This document shows, in pieces, positions 47,108 through 56,828 of a stretch of 64,000 nucleotides of DNA. Each line of letters starts with the position of its first letter. Position 1 is the stretch's first letter. A model generated the notes under the pieces. It did no database searches. It saw nothing but the letters and a program-made list of their open reading frames with translations, and was not told where the DNA came from. Source of the DNA: Gemmatimonadaceae bacterium (GTDB lineage: Bacteria; Gemmatimonadota; Gemmatimonadetes; Gemmatimonadales; Gemmatimonadaceae). A program made the position numbers and the translations under genes. Location: contig JBHYGA010000004.1 in the NCBI GenBank assembly GCA_051859245.1, forward strand, positions 1,022,910 through 1,086,909, given 5' to 3'.

Positions 47108-48370
47108 GTGCCCGACGCAGCGCCGCTCTACCTTGATTCTGCCGAAGCTGTCGACCGATTTCTCGCCGAAATCGGTACGCCACGCGCGATCGCGATTGAT
47201 ACGGAAGGCGCCAGCTTTCACCGGTTCGTCGATCGCATTTATCTGTTGCAGCTTTCAACCGAACATCATCACGCTGTAATTGATCCGCTGCCAATCGGCA
47301 CGCCGGAGCGGCTTGGTCGTTTGCTCGAAGATCGCAATGTGGAAGTCGTACTGCATGACGCCGACTACGACTTGCGTTTGCTGCGACAGGATTATGGCTG
47401 GCAGGTGAACGCGTTGTTTGACACGCGCGTTGCGTCGCAGCTGCTCGGTCTGCGCGCGTTTGGACTGGCGGCGTTGCTCGAGAAGTACTTCAACATCAAG
47501 CTCGACAAAAAACATCAGCGTGCCGACTGGTCCATGCGCCCGCTGTCGGCTGACATGCTGGAGTATGCAGCGCTCGATACACGCTGGCTGCTTGAGTTGC
47601 GCACACGGTTGCGTGGTGAGTTGGAGAAGCTGGGTCGCTGGCATTGGGCGCAGGAAGAGTTTGCACGCGCCGAGGGAACGCAGTGGTCCAACGAAGAGTC
47701 GCAGGCGTTTCTGAAAATGAAGGGCGCACGAGATCTCACGCGTCGTGAGCTTGCGCGACTCAAAGAGTTGGTGGCGTGGCGTGATGACGTTGCGCGCGAA
47801 CTTGATCGCGCGACGTTTCGTGTTACCGGCAACGAAGTGTTGCTCGACCTGGCCAAGCAGTCTCCGGCGAACGCGCAGGAACTGTCGCGCGTGAAGGGCT
47901 TTCCGCGCGCGATGTCGGAGTCGCGCACCGTGGCGTTGCTTGAGGCATTGCGTCGTGGTGACGCCGTGCCTGAAGCGGACCTGCCGCGTTTTCCGAAAGC
48001 CGTACGCTGGGATCGCGATCCTGATTTTGACGATCGTGTGGGTCGGTTGAAAGCCGTGCGCGATGCCGTGGCCGACGATCTCGGTCTCGATCCGGGCGTG
48101 CTGTGTTCGCGTGATCGCATGGAAGCTGTAGCGCGGAAAAAGCCCACGAGCCTCGAAGCCTTCGACGACATTCCAGAGCTTCGTCGGTGGCAGGTAGAGG
48201 TGCTGGCGTCCGGTTTTCTGAAGGCGCTGCGCACGGGCTCGAAGAGCAATGGATCGGCCAAGGCGCCGGCGGCTGTAGCTCCGGCAACCACCCCGGCCGT
48301 CGCTCCTGCAACGGGGCAAGCCCGCGGCACGAGCGCGGGCGACGATTCGCCGTATCGCACTGAAGGCTGA
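47108..48370 (+). CDS. rnd: Ribonuclease D (DEDDy exonuclease plus HRDC)
   Basis: AIDTE, HDADYD, FDT, DWSMRPL and YAALD motifs. Confidence 0.92.
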   Translation: MPDAAPLYLDSAEAVDRFLAEIGTPRAIAIDTEGASFHRFVDRIYLLQLSTEHHHAVIDPLPIGTPERLGRLLEDRNVEVVLHDADYDLRLLRQDYGWQVNALFDTRVASQLLGLRAFGLAALLEKYFNIKLDKKHQRADWSMRPLSADMLEYAALDTRWLLELRTRLRGELEKLGRWHWAQEEFARAEGTQWSNEESQAFLKMKGARDLTRRELARLKELVAWRDDVARELDRATFRVTGNEVLLDLAKQSPANAQELSRVKGFPRAMSESRTVALLEALRRGDAVPEADLPRFPKAVRWDRDPDFDDRVGRLKAVRDAVADDLGLDPGVLCSRDRMEAVARKKPTSLEAFDDIPELRRWQVEVLASGFLKALRTGSKSNGSAKAPAAVAPATTPAVAPATGQARGTSAGDDSPYRTEG

Positions 48371-48655
48371 GCAACTGTTGACACCACGCCACGATTGGGC
48401 GTGTGTGGTAAAGGCTCGACAGTTGGCGATGCGGTAGCGCACCAAGGCGTGATCAGGCCGGTCGAGCACGCGCGAAGTCAAGCGATTTTCCGTTAGCCGG
48501 AATACTGAACGTGTTGTGGGGCTGTCGGTTACGGAATTTCGTCAGGCGTGCTCATCCATACGGATTGCGGCACGGAGACTGCGTGAGAGGGGAGGCAACG
48601 GCAGCGCTCGCTTGATCGGCGCCGCACCTTCCACTCGGTTTCCGGGGTTCTGACC

Positions 48656-49213
48656 ATGTCTACGATGCCACGTCGCACCGCCACGACCCACGAGTCTACC
48701 GGCCAGATTGGTCGCAAGTTCGCCTACTGGGCGGTGTTCGCGCTGATCGCCGATCTGGCGACCAAGGAGATGGCGGTGCGTGTGCTGGCGAATCAGACGT
48801 TCGTGTTGTCCGACTGGTTCTCATTCCTTTTGGTCTTCAACACTGGCGCCGCCGGCGGCGTGTCGCTCGGCCCGTACACGTGGCTGATCAACATCCTGGC
48901 CACGCTGTTTACGGTGGCGCTCGTGAGCAGCGTAGTGGTGCCGTTGACGCGCGTGGATTCTCGCGCCGTGCTGGCCATGGGGCTGATCGCGGGCGGCGCG
49001 GCGGGCAACCTGACGAGCCTCGCGGTGGAGTCACGCGGCGTGCCCGACTTTCTCGCCATGCAGATTCCGAACGCGGTAGTGGTCTTCAACATCGCCGATG
49101 TCGCGCTCTGGGCGGGCGCCGCGGTGCTGATGCCGGTCACTCTCGGCCTCGTGCGCGCCGTGCGCGACGAGCGTCGCGCCAAGCGTCTCAGCAAGCAGGC
49201 CGCCACCGCCTAA
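48656..49213 (+). CDS. lspA: Lipoprotein signal peptidase II
   Basis: D..TK, NTGAA, GGAAGNL, VPDFL and FNIAD motifs. Confidence 0.85.
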   Translation: MSTMPRRTATTHESTGQIGRKFAYWAVFALIADLATKEMAVRVLANQTFVLSDWFSFLLVFNTGAAGGVSLGPYTWLINILATLFTVALVSSVVVPLTRVDSRAVLAMGLIAGGAAGNLTSLAVESRGVPDFLAMQIPNAVVVFNIADVALWAGAAVLMPVTLGLVRAVRDERRAKRLSKQAATA

Positions 49214-49232
49214 CAACTGGTGGCACAACGTG

Positions 49233-49274
49233 AAAGCCGCCCCTGAGACATGGTCTCGGGGGCGGCTTTTGTTT
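49233..49274 (+). terminator. Intrinsic terminator after lspA
   Basis: AAAGCCGCCCCTGAGAC-ATG-GTCTCGGGGGCGGCTTTT hairpin with a U tract. Confidence 0.8.
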
Positions 49275-49312
49275 GAGCTGGCGTTGAGCGCGCAGCGACT
49301 GGGTCATGGTGC

Positions 49313-49489
49313 GGGGGCCGCGACGTGGTTCCACGGCGACCGCTTCGAATCCGCAAAAAAGGGCCGCACTCACCCCCGGTCCGTTCGCGGCTGTCGGCGA
49401 AGCCGTTGAGCCGCGAGCGGATCCCGGGGGCGGGTGCGGCCCGTTCGACAATCCGTACGACTGGCGCCGCGGAAACGCCGATGCGCCCC
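49313..49489. ncRNA. Candidate structured RNA with 6S-like architecture; the inner hairpin may instead be the minus-strand terminator
   Basis: Closing stem 49313-49341/49463-49489, roughly 20-nt unpaired strands on each side, and a long hairpin at 49361-49442. Confidence 0.3.
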
Positions 49490-49909
49490 TCAGAACCCCA
49501 TGTAGGCGCGCACCCGCGGCTCAATGCGTTCGGGCGTCCACGCCGGGCTCCACACCAGGTTCACGACCGCCTCGCCAATGCCAGGAAGCGTGCGCAACTC
49601 TTTTTCGGCTTCGCCCATGATCTCCGGACCGGATGGGCACCCGGGCGAGGTGAGCGACATGTCCACGCGCACGTCGTTGCCCACCACTTTGACATCGTAG
49701 ATCAACCCGAGATCGACAATGTTGAGATTGAGCTCCGGATCTTTCACTCGGCGCAACACGAGTCGCGCCTGATCCGCGGTGAAGGCGCCAGGCGTTGCCG
49801 ATTCTTCGGCGGCGTCCTGAGCTACGACGGTAGTGTCATCATTCGACATATCGAGTGATGACGCGGGCGCGTCAGGTGTGGTGCTTGGATCGGTCATTGA
49901 ATCATCCAT
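49490..49909 (-). CDS. DUF59/SufT metal-sulfur cluster assembly factor
   Basis: DPELNLNIVDLGLIY, LTSPGCP and WSPAW motifs. Confidence 0.9.
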   Translation of the reverse strand: MDDSMTDPSTTPDAPASSLDMSNDDTTVVAQDAAEESATPGAFTADQARLVLRRVKDPELNLNIVDLGLIYDVKVVGNDVRVDMSLTSPGCPSGPEIMGEAEKELRTLPGIGEAVVNLVWSPAWTPERIEPRVRAYMGF

Positions 49910-49971
49910 CGCTCAAAGATAGCGAGGAAGTTCGAAATTGCCGAGTAGTGCGCTCGGGATGAGGCGACGAT

Positions 49972-51414
49972 CTACTTCTTCGCCGTGCTCTTGGTCGGTG
50001 CTTTCTTGGGCGGCGCCTTCTTCACAGTGGCCTTTTTCACAGTGGCCTTTTTCACCGGCGCTTTCTTGACCGTGCTTTTCTTTTTGGCCACCGGGCGGCG
50101 TGCCGAGCGAATCGGCGTGTTCCAGTTGAGCTGCTTGTCGGCGCGGAAGGCGGCCGGCATGGTGCGAACGCCGGCAGGATCGTCCATTACGGCGAGCACC
50201 GCAGCGTCGGCCAGATCATGGCGCACGTCCATGATGACCGTGGCCGGGCGACGCGCTTTTGGCGCGTGCACGCGATTGCTGAGCAGGATCACGAACAAAT
50301 CGTGGTCCGGATCGATCCAAAGCGACGTGCCCGTATAGCCCGTGTGCCCGAACGCGCGACTGGTGAGATGCTGACCACAGCCGCCTTCACCTTCGCAGGT
50401 GTCCCAGCCGAGGGCGCGTCGACCGGCGGTGCGCTTGGTGAACAGTGCCACCGTGGAGTCGGAGACAATGCGCGCGGTCCCGTAGCGCCCACCCTGCAGC
50501 AGCATCTGCGCGAACACCGAAAGATCGGCGGCCGTGCTGAAGAGACCCGCGTGTCCAGCTACACCACCGAGGCGATACGCATTTTCGTCGTGCACCTCGC
50601 CGCGCAGCGGATAACCGCGCGGTGGGGTCACTTCGGTTGGTGCGATCACGTTCGCGATTTGCGCAGACGGACGGAAACCCGTTTTGTCCATGCCGAGCGG
50701 CGTGAAGATGCGCTCGTTGGTGAACTCGTCGAACGACTGACCCGAGGCCGCTTCCACGACGAACGCGAGCAGCATGGGGCCGAGGTCGGAATACTCGTAC
50801 ACCGCGCCCGGCGTGTTCTTGACCGGTGCAGCCAGCACGGCGGCGCGTGCTTCGGCGGGCGTGCGGTAACGACGCCAGAGTTCGAGGCCGGCCGGCAGGC
50901 CTCCACGATGGGTGAGCAGGTGCGCAATGGTCACCAGCTCGCGGCGTTCGCCCGTGAAGCTGGGCAGGTAGCGGGCGACCGGTGCGTTGATATCAATCTT
51001 GCCTTCGTCGAACAAGATCATCACGGCCGTGGTCGTGGCCACGACTTTCGTGAGTGAGGCCAGGTCGTACACGGTCTGATCGGGTTCAACGGCCGAGCTG
51101 CCGGGGCGCCAGTCGAGCGTGCCAAAGCCACGTGACCAGACGGCGTATCCTTTGCGACCCACCACTACGGCGGCGCCAGGATAGCCACCGGCCGTGACGC
51201 CGCGCTGCACGACACGATCAATGGCGCGCATGCGCTCCACCGACATGCCGACCGCGGCGGGGGAAGCCGTGGGCAGGCCGTCTCCGATGCGTGCACCCGA
51301 CGCCGCATGCCACGTCGCGGGCAGCACATCGCCCGGGCGTCTCGCCGGCGTAGCCGTTACGTCGGCGGCAGCAAATGTCAGGATCGCCGATAGCAGTATC
51401 ACAGGGCGAGTCAC
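49972..51414 (-). CDS. Exported serine hydrolase (class C beta-lactamase/AmiE-like) with histone-like tail
   Basis: SLTK, LLTH, YSD, GEVHDENA and GHTGYTG motifs; KKA(P/T)V repeats at the C-terminus. Confidence 0.88.
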   Translation of the reverse strand: MTRPVILLSAILTFAAADVTATPARRPGDVLPATWHAASGARIGDGLPTASPAAVGMSVERMRAIDRVVQRGVTAGGYPGAAVVVGRKGYAVWSRGFGTLDWRPGSSAVEPDQTVYDLASLTKVVATTTAVMILFDEGKIDINAPVARYLPSFTGERRELVTIAHLLTHRGGLPAGLELWRRYRTPAEARAAVLAAPVKNTPGAVYEYSDLGPMLLAFVVEAASGQSFDEFTNERIFTPLGMDKTGFRPSAQIANVIAPTEVTPPRGYPLRGEVHDENAYRLGGVAGHAGLFSTAADLSVFAQMLLQGGRYGTARIVSDSTVALFTKRTAGRRALGWDTCEGEGGCGQHLTSRAFGHTGYTGTSLWIDPDHDLFVILLSNRVHAPKARRPATVIMDVRHDLADAAVLAVMDDPAGVRTMPAAFRADKQLNWNTPIRSARRPVAKKKSTVKKAPVKKATVKKATVKKAPPKKAPTKSTAKK

Positions 51415-51651
51415 GCGAAAAGAGGAGAACGACAGGGCCTACAAAGCAGACGAGCGGCGTGCGGAAGGGAAACGGTCTGCCGCACACTGGGGCAAAGAGT
51501 GTGATCCGTCAACCCATTCGCGTCACTTGGTGCAACACCAACCTTACCCTTTCGTTGCACATCGCATCACGATTCGCCTCATCTGACGATCAGATGCGCG
51601 TTGTTGTGCCCGTCGCCGACATGGCCCCGGGCAACCATATTCGGGGGCACG

Positions 51652-52245
51652 GTGACTGACTTACCGGAACCCATGGAAACCGACGCTGCTATCGTACGCC
51701 GGGCGATTGAGGGGGACGAACGCGCCATGCGCATGCTGTGGAATCAGCACAGCCCGCACGTGGATGCGATTGTCCGCCGGCTCGCTGGCGACCCCGATCT
51801 TGCCCAGGATGTGGCTCAGGAGGTCTGGATTCAGATCTTCCGGGCACTGCCGTCGTGGCGGGGAGATTCAAAGTTCAGCACGTGGTTGCATCGGGTGGCG
51901 GTGAATCGTTCGCTGAACGCGCTGCGACGCACGCGGCGGTTGGCCACCATCGAAACGCCCATCGAAGAGCACTCGGCGTTGGTGGAACATGACGAGGGCG
52001 AGCGGTCAATGCTGGCCGCCTCGATTGAAGATGCGGCCAAACAATTAGCGCCAGGTGCGCGCACCGTGTTCTACCTGCACGACGTGGAAGGCTACACGCA
52101 CGAAGAAATCGCGACGGAACTCGGCATTACCGCCGGTGGGTCGAAGTCGCAGTTGTTCAAGGCGCGGGCAAAGCTTCGCCGTTTGCTCGCTCCACTGCTT
52201 GAGGTGTCAGATGTCGGAACGGAACGAAACTATGCCACACCTTGA
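51652..52245 (+). CDS. ECF-family RNA polymerase sigma factor
   Basis: DVAQEVW, FSTWLHRVAVN, EGYTHEEIA and KSQLFKAR motifs. Confidence 0.93.
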   Translation: MTDLPEPMETDAAIVRRAIEGDERAMRMLWNQHSPHVDAIVRRLAGDPDLAQDVAQEVWIQIFRALPSWRGDSKFSTWLHRVAVNRSLNALRRTRRLATIETPIEEHSALVEHDEGERSMLAASIEDAAKQLAPGARTVFYLHDVEGYTHEEIATELGITAGGSKSQLFKARAKLRRLLAPLLEVSDVGTERNYATP

Positions 52246-53041
52246 TTCAGAGCGGCTCGCGTCGTTGGACAGCGACGCGGCAACCACAGACGAGCTCGCG
52301 CATCTCGCGCAGTGTGCGTCGTGTCGTGCCGAACGCGCGGCGTTTGAGCGATTAGCCACATTGTCGTTCGCGGAGGCGTCACGCGGCGCGTCGTACGAGC
52401 CGCGACTCACGGAGTGGTCCGCGCTGTCAGCGGCGCTGCGTGCAGAAGGTCTGGTCACGCGCGTGAGTGGCGAGCATCAGGTGCCAGTGCTGAACAGCAC
52501 CACATCGCACGTGACCGCGATCGATGAACGACTCATGCGCGTGAGCACGCCAATTGGGCCGAGCGCGAAGGTGTCCGCGAGTTCGGTAATCGGTCCGGCG
52601 CGACGCATGCCGGCGTGGATGCGAGCGGCGGCCGCGATGATGCTGGTGGTGAGTGGGGTGGCGCTCGGCCGCGTGAGCGCGGGCGTGAACGTGGTGCCCG
52701 ACCGCGAGGCTTTGTCACCCGTGGCTTCGCTGGCGAGCAACGACGAGGAGTTCGCCTCGATTGCCGATGCGTCGAACGTGCTGGACCGCGCGCAGCGTGA
52801 TTACCAGCGTGCGTCCATGTGGTTGGCGTCGCACGACAGCACGGTGAATGCCCAAGCGGTGTTTCGCGCGCGCTTGTCGGCCTTGGATCAGATGATGATG
52901 GCCTCGCGCGCCGGTCTGTATGAAGCGCCGCAGGATCCGGTGTTGAATCAGTATTATCTCGCGGCGTACACGGCGCGCGAAGCCACGCTGCGTCAGTTGG
53001 GCGCGGCGTTGCCGGTGGATCGTGTCATGGAGCGTTTCTGA
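52232..53041 (+). CDS. Probable zinc-finger (ZAS) membrane anti-sigma factor
   Basis: H...HLAQCASC motif and one TM segment; overlaps the 3' end of the sigma gene. Confidence 0.75.
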   Translation: MPHLDSERLASLDSDAATTDELAHLAQCASCRAERAAFERLATLSFAEASRGASYEPRLTEWSALSAALRAEGLVTRVSGEHQVPVLNSTTSHVTAIDERLMRVSTPIGPSAKVSASSVIGPARRMPAWMRAAAAMMLVVSGVALGRVSAGVNVVPDREALSPVASLASNDEEFASIADASNVLDRAQRDYQRASMWLASHDSTVNAQAVFRARLSALDQMMMASRAGLYEAPQDPVLNQYYLAAYTAREATLRQLGAALPVDRVMERF

Positions 53042-53043
53042 TC

Positions 53044-54423
53044 GTGTTGACGATGGTGAATTTCCGAGTCGTGCCGCGTCGCATCGTACCGTTTGGTGCG
53101 GGCGCGGTGTTGATGCTCGCTGCGCTGCCTGTTGCGTCGGCGCAGAACACCACGGTGCGAGTGACTACGCGTAGTGGGCCATCGCAAAGCGCGATGATGG
53201 TCAGTCAGTGCGGACAAGTTGATGCTGAGTTCGTGCGGCTTTCGCGCTTGCCCGAAGGCATGGCACTGATACGCTTGCGCAGTGATCTCGATGTGGCGAC
53301 ACGGCTGGCGTCGTTGCGCCCCTCGAATGCACGTTCGGCACTGAACTCTGAGCTTGGTACGTTGCGTCGCGAAGTCGACTCGCTGGTAAGCCTCGTGGAT
53401 GGAGTGATGCTTGCACCGCCGCGGCGTGAGTTTCTCGCGTCGGAGCAGGAAACGCGTCGTGTGGTGAATGCGCGGGTGCGAGAGATTCAGCCGCAGGTCG
53501 CACGCGTTGTCGAGGTCACAATGCAGCAGGTCGCTCGGCCGCAGGGATCGGCGCCGCTAGGGTATTTTGGCGTGACGCAGTCGAGCGTACCACTGCGGCA
53601 GGCCATGATGTCGAACTACATCGTGAGTTACTGCGACTATCCGGTGATCGAAGCGGTGGAGCCGGGCTCGCCGGCGGAAAAAGCGGGGCTTCAAGCGGGT
53701 GATACGATCACGGCGTTCAACGGTCAGGATGTGCGCGCTGGCATGGTGGACTACACGGCGTTGCTCGTGCCGAATCGCAATCTGAAGGTGCGCGTGCGGC
53801 GCGCGAGTCGCGTGATGGATTTTAATGTGCGCGTGGTTACGCGCACTGACGCCAATCCGGTGCGCGTGTACGCGAGCACGACACTGGTGCAGGGCGCCCC
53901 CTCGGCTCCCGATGCGATGCCAACTCGTTCGGGATTCGTGTTTGAACGCACGTCGCCAACGCCGCCGTCCATGCCAAGTGGCGCGATCTCCTTTACGAGT
54001 GACTCGATCAATGTGATCACGGTGCTCAAGGGCGAGCCGTCATTTACGCGCAACACCGGGCAGGGCTTGTCGGGCGTTGTGTCGTCGGCGCCGCGTACAC
54101 CCACGCCGCCGGCGATGATGAGTTTCTTTGCCAACACCGACGACGCCATGTTGTTCGGTGCGCAGCTGAAAACGCTCAGTGCCGAGTTGCGGTCGGCGCT
54201 GACGTTACCCGAGGGTGTGCTGGTGTTGCAGGTACCGCGCGGCACGCCGGCCGCCGAAATGGGTCTTCGAGACGGCGATGTAATTCGCCGTGCCAACGAC
54301 ATGGTGGTGCGACGCGTTGGTGATATGCGCACGGCGTTTGAACTGGCGAGTGACTCGCGCACGCTCACGTTGCGTGTGACGCGCCGTGACGCGGCGGAGC
54401 GGACTGTTGTGATGCGGTGGTAG
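53044..54423 (+). CDS. Exported two-PDZ-domain protein with no evident protease domain
   Basis: Signal peptide; VEPGSPAEKAGLQAGD and GTPAAEMGLRDGDV motifs. Confidence 0.8.
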   Translation: MLTMVNFRVVPRRIVPFGAGAVLMLAALPVASAQNTTVRVTTRSGPSQSAMMVSQCGQVDAEFVRLSRLPEGMALIRLRSDLDVATRLASLRPSNARSALNSELGTLRREVDSLVSLVDGVMLAPPRREFLASEQETRRVVNARVREIQPQVARVVEVTMQQVARPQGSAPLGYFGVTQSSVPLRQAMMSNYIVSYCDYPVIEAVEPGSPAEKAGLQAGDTITAFNGQDVRAGMVDYTALLVPNRNLKVRVRRASRVMDFNVRVVTRTDANPVRVYASTTLVQGAPSAPDAMPTRSGFVFERTSPTPPSMPSGAISFTSDSINVITVLKGEPSFTRNTGQGLSGVVSSAPRTPTPPAMMSFFANTDDAMLFGAQLKTLSAELRSALTLPEGVLVLQVPRGTPAAEMGLRDGDVIRRANDMVVRRVGDMRTAFELASDSRTLTLRVTRRDAAERTVVMRW

Positions 54424-54485
54424 CAGGCGGCGTTTCCGCTGGCGTTTCCGGTGGCGTTCCCGCTTGCGTTATGCGGTGTGCAGGA

Positions 54486-54650
54486 GAACTGCGGCGGGAA
54501 GGGCACGAAGGCACGAAGGACACGAAGAAGAGCAACTGCAAAGGATTTTTTGAGAGCATGTCCTTCCCGCCCGCAGTTCCCCCAGCATCAGGCGCACCGG
54601 CGCGATACGCTCCCACTGCGCACTCACCGGCGCGACACGCTCCTACTGCG
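54486..54650. repeat. Second, internally shortened copy of repeat family A between convergent genes
   Basis: 64 bp identical to 34737-34800, followed by a reverse-complement arm (CCTTCCCGCCCGCAGTTCCCCCAGCA...GATACGCTCC). Confidence 0.85.
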
Positions 54651-55467
54651 CGCGAACCGCACCCGCCGGCACCGAGTAAATCAGCCGTGCCGTCGCGCGA
54701 TCAGCATCACTGAGCGAACGGGCACGAACCCGCGGCGCCATGATGTTGGACTGATCTTCGATGTGATCAAGGCCGAGCAAGTGGCCGATCTCGTGCAGTG
54801 AGATCGCGTAGAGTTGCGCCAGCGTGACGGCGCCGCCCATGGGATGCGACACGGCGAGATCGATTCCGCCGGAGACGAGCCAAAATGCGCTGTCGCGACT
54901 CCAGATCGTGCGGCCGCTGATGCCACCTTCGAATCGGTCGACAAACCGCACGTGTACATCGGCGCCTGCGGAGTCTCGCACGAATGTGAAGCGCACGGGG
55001 ATGCCAACGCCGCTCCATTCTTCGAACGCGTCACGCACGGCTACTGCGAACTGCGGCTGCCACCCTTCCAGTGCTCCGCCGTCTCCAATCCACACGCGCA
55101 GCGGTGTGCCCAGTCGATCGGGCCAGCGAGAGAGTAACGAGTCGCGTGTGCGCAACAGCTCGCTGATGTAGGTACCATCCGCACCTTGCGCGAGACGGCG
55201 CTGCATGTCGGCCACAGGCAGTGCGGGTTCGCGCGGTACATCGCGCACGTATTCCGGTGTGGATGTCACACGTTCTGAGGTACGTGCACTGGAGAGTGCC
55301 ACGTTGTCGGTGATTTCGCGCGTTGTACCGGGGGCTGCTGAGTCTGCGTTGGCCAGCACGCCGGCCGACGCGAGCGAATCGGGATTGCGAACAACACGCG
55401 CCTGTGTTGCAACGAACCCGGCCAGCGTGACTACAAGAGCGGCAAGCAGGAGTTCGGCAACCTTCAT
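54643..55467 (-). CDS. Matrixin (M10)-family metalloprotease
   Basis: HEIGHLLGLDH zinc motif and Met-turn NIMAP. Confidence 0.9.
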   Translation of the reverse strand: MKVAELLLAALVVTLAGFVATQARVVRNPDSLASAGVLANADSAAPGTTREITDNVALSSARTSERVTSTPEYVRDVPREPALPVADMQRRLAQGADGTYISELLRTRDSLLSRWPDRLGTPLRVWIGDGGALEGWQPQFAVAVRDAFEEWSGVGIPVRFTFVRDSAGADVHVRFVDRFEGGISGRTIWSRDSAFWLVSGGIDLAVSHPMGGAVTLAQLYAISLHEIGHLLGLDHIEDQSNIMAPRVRARSLSDADRATARLIYSVPAGAVRAQ

Positions 55468-55471
55468 GGCG

Positions 55472-56443
55472 TCAGGGGTCTGGCGGAGCGCGTGTTGGTG
55501 AATCCACGCTCGCGAGAAACGCCGTAATCGCCGCGAAAAACTCGGCTGGTGCTTCCCAGAACGGGTTGTGTCCGGCGTTTTCGAGTGCCTGCAACTGCAC
55601 CGAGACGCCGAAGGATGTGAACAGCTGCGTGGTCTGCTCCGCGACACTCAGCGGCAGAACATCAGCTGCGCCATGAAGGACGAGTGTGGAGGCGCGAAGG
55701 GCACTCAGACGGGCACTCCAGTCGTATCCCTCGCGTCGCAGGCGAGCGACCACGTGTGCCCCTGTGACACTTTGGCCTCGCGGTGGAACGGCGCGTCGCG
55801 CGAAATCGGGGTCAGCGAACCACGCAGGGAAGAACGCCTGTGTGTAGTCGGCGTGCACGGCGATGTCAGGCACATGCAGCGCCGCCGTGTCGAGTGCGCG
55901 CAATTTCGCGGCGGCTTCGTGTTGTTCGGTGTGTTCAAGGCGCGCTACGCCGGCAGCGTGCAGTGGTGGCAGCCAGTCGCCGGTTGCACCGACTGCATTG
56001 ACCAGCACAAGCGCGTGCACGGCGTCTGCGTCAAGCGCCGCCGCCTGCATGGCAATGCCACCGCCCCACGAATGACCCAGGATGTGCCAGCGCTCAATGC
56101 CGAGCGCCTGCCGCAACGCCACCAGGTCGCCCGCGTCAAAATCAATGCGTGAGGCAGCAACGCCTGGTGGAACCTGCGATGCACCGCGCCCACGCTGATC
56201 GTACAAAATGAGCTGTCGGTGTTGTGCCAGCGGTGCCAGTGCAGGCCACAACAAGGAATGATCGTAGATCAAACCGCCGTTCACACACACGAGTGGGGTG
56301 GCATTCGCAACCGCTGGCGTGCGCCACGTGGCGAACGTCAGACCACGCGCGAGCACGTCCTGTCGCTCAAGCGGCGGTGCCGGTGGCAGCGTGCGACGAA
56401 ACGCGAGCAAGCGCTCGCGTGCATTGGGCGAACGGGAGGACAC
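55472..56443 (-). CDS. Alpha/beta hydrolase (proline iminopeptidase-like)
   Basis: YDQRGRG, GHSWGG, HGAAD and AGH motifs. Confidence 0.85.
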   Translation of the reverse strand: MSSRSPNARERLLAFRRTLPPAPPLERQDVLARGLTFATWRTPAVANATPLVCVNGGLIYDHSLLWPALAPLAQHRQLILYDQRGRGASQVPPGVAASRIDFDAGDLVALRQALGIERWHILGHSWGGGIAMQAAALDADAVHALVLVNAVGATGDWLPPLHAAGVARLEHTEQHEAAAKLRALDTAALHVPDIAVHADYTQAFFPAWFADPDFARRAVPPRGQSVTGAHVVARLRREGYDWSARLSALRASTLVLHGAADVLPLSVAEQTTQLFTSFGVSVQLQALENAGHNPFWEAPAEFFAAITAFLASVDSPTRAPPDP

Positions 56444-56495
56444 GGACGTCTTCGTCAGCCTGAGAGCGGAATGAACATCGGTTCCGCGTGGTCGA

Positions 56496-56816
56496 TTACT
56501 TGGGCGTCACAACTTTGAGCCCGACAATGCCTGCAATGATGAGCGACATACACACGAGTCGCGCCGCCGTCGCTGGTTCCTTGAACAGGACGATGCCGAG
56601 AATGCCGGTGCCAAGCGTACCAATACCCGTCCACACTGCGTACGCCGTACCAAGTGGAAGCGTACGGAGCGCCACGCCGAGCAATCCCATGCTCGTGACC
56701 AGCGCCACCGCTGTCAGGACACTCGGCCAGAGGCGCGTGAATCCTTCGGTATACTTGAGGCCAACAGCCCAGCCAATTTCAAAGAGGCCGGCCAATACGA
56801 GTACGAACCACGCCAT
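56496..56816 (-). CDS. sugE: SMR-family exporter SugE/Gdx
   Basis: [14 protein letters not shown] and [13 protein letters not shown] motifs. Confidence 0.9.
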   Translation of the reverse strand: MAWFVLVLAGLFEIGWAVGLKYTEGFTRLWPSVLTAVALVTSMGLLGVALRTLPLGTAYAVWTGIGTLGTGILGIVLFKEPATAARLVCMSLIIAGIVGLKVVTPK

Positions 56817-56828
56817 ATGCGACTCCAG

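Noticed and set aside
47255..48481. 408-aa minus-strand ORF
   Set aside because: Antisense shadow of rnd.
48371..48655. Long region upstream of lspA as a possible ncRNA
   Set aside because: No convincing stems or known motif recognised.
54429..54470. 12-bp tandem repeat (GGCGTTTCCGCT-like, about 3 units)
   Set aside because: Short and degenerate with no evident function; likely slippage beside repeat A.
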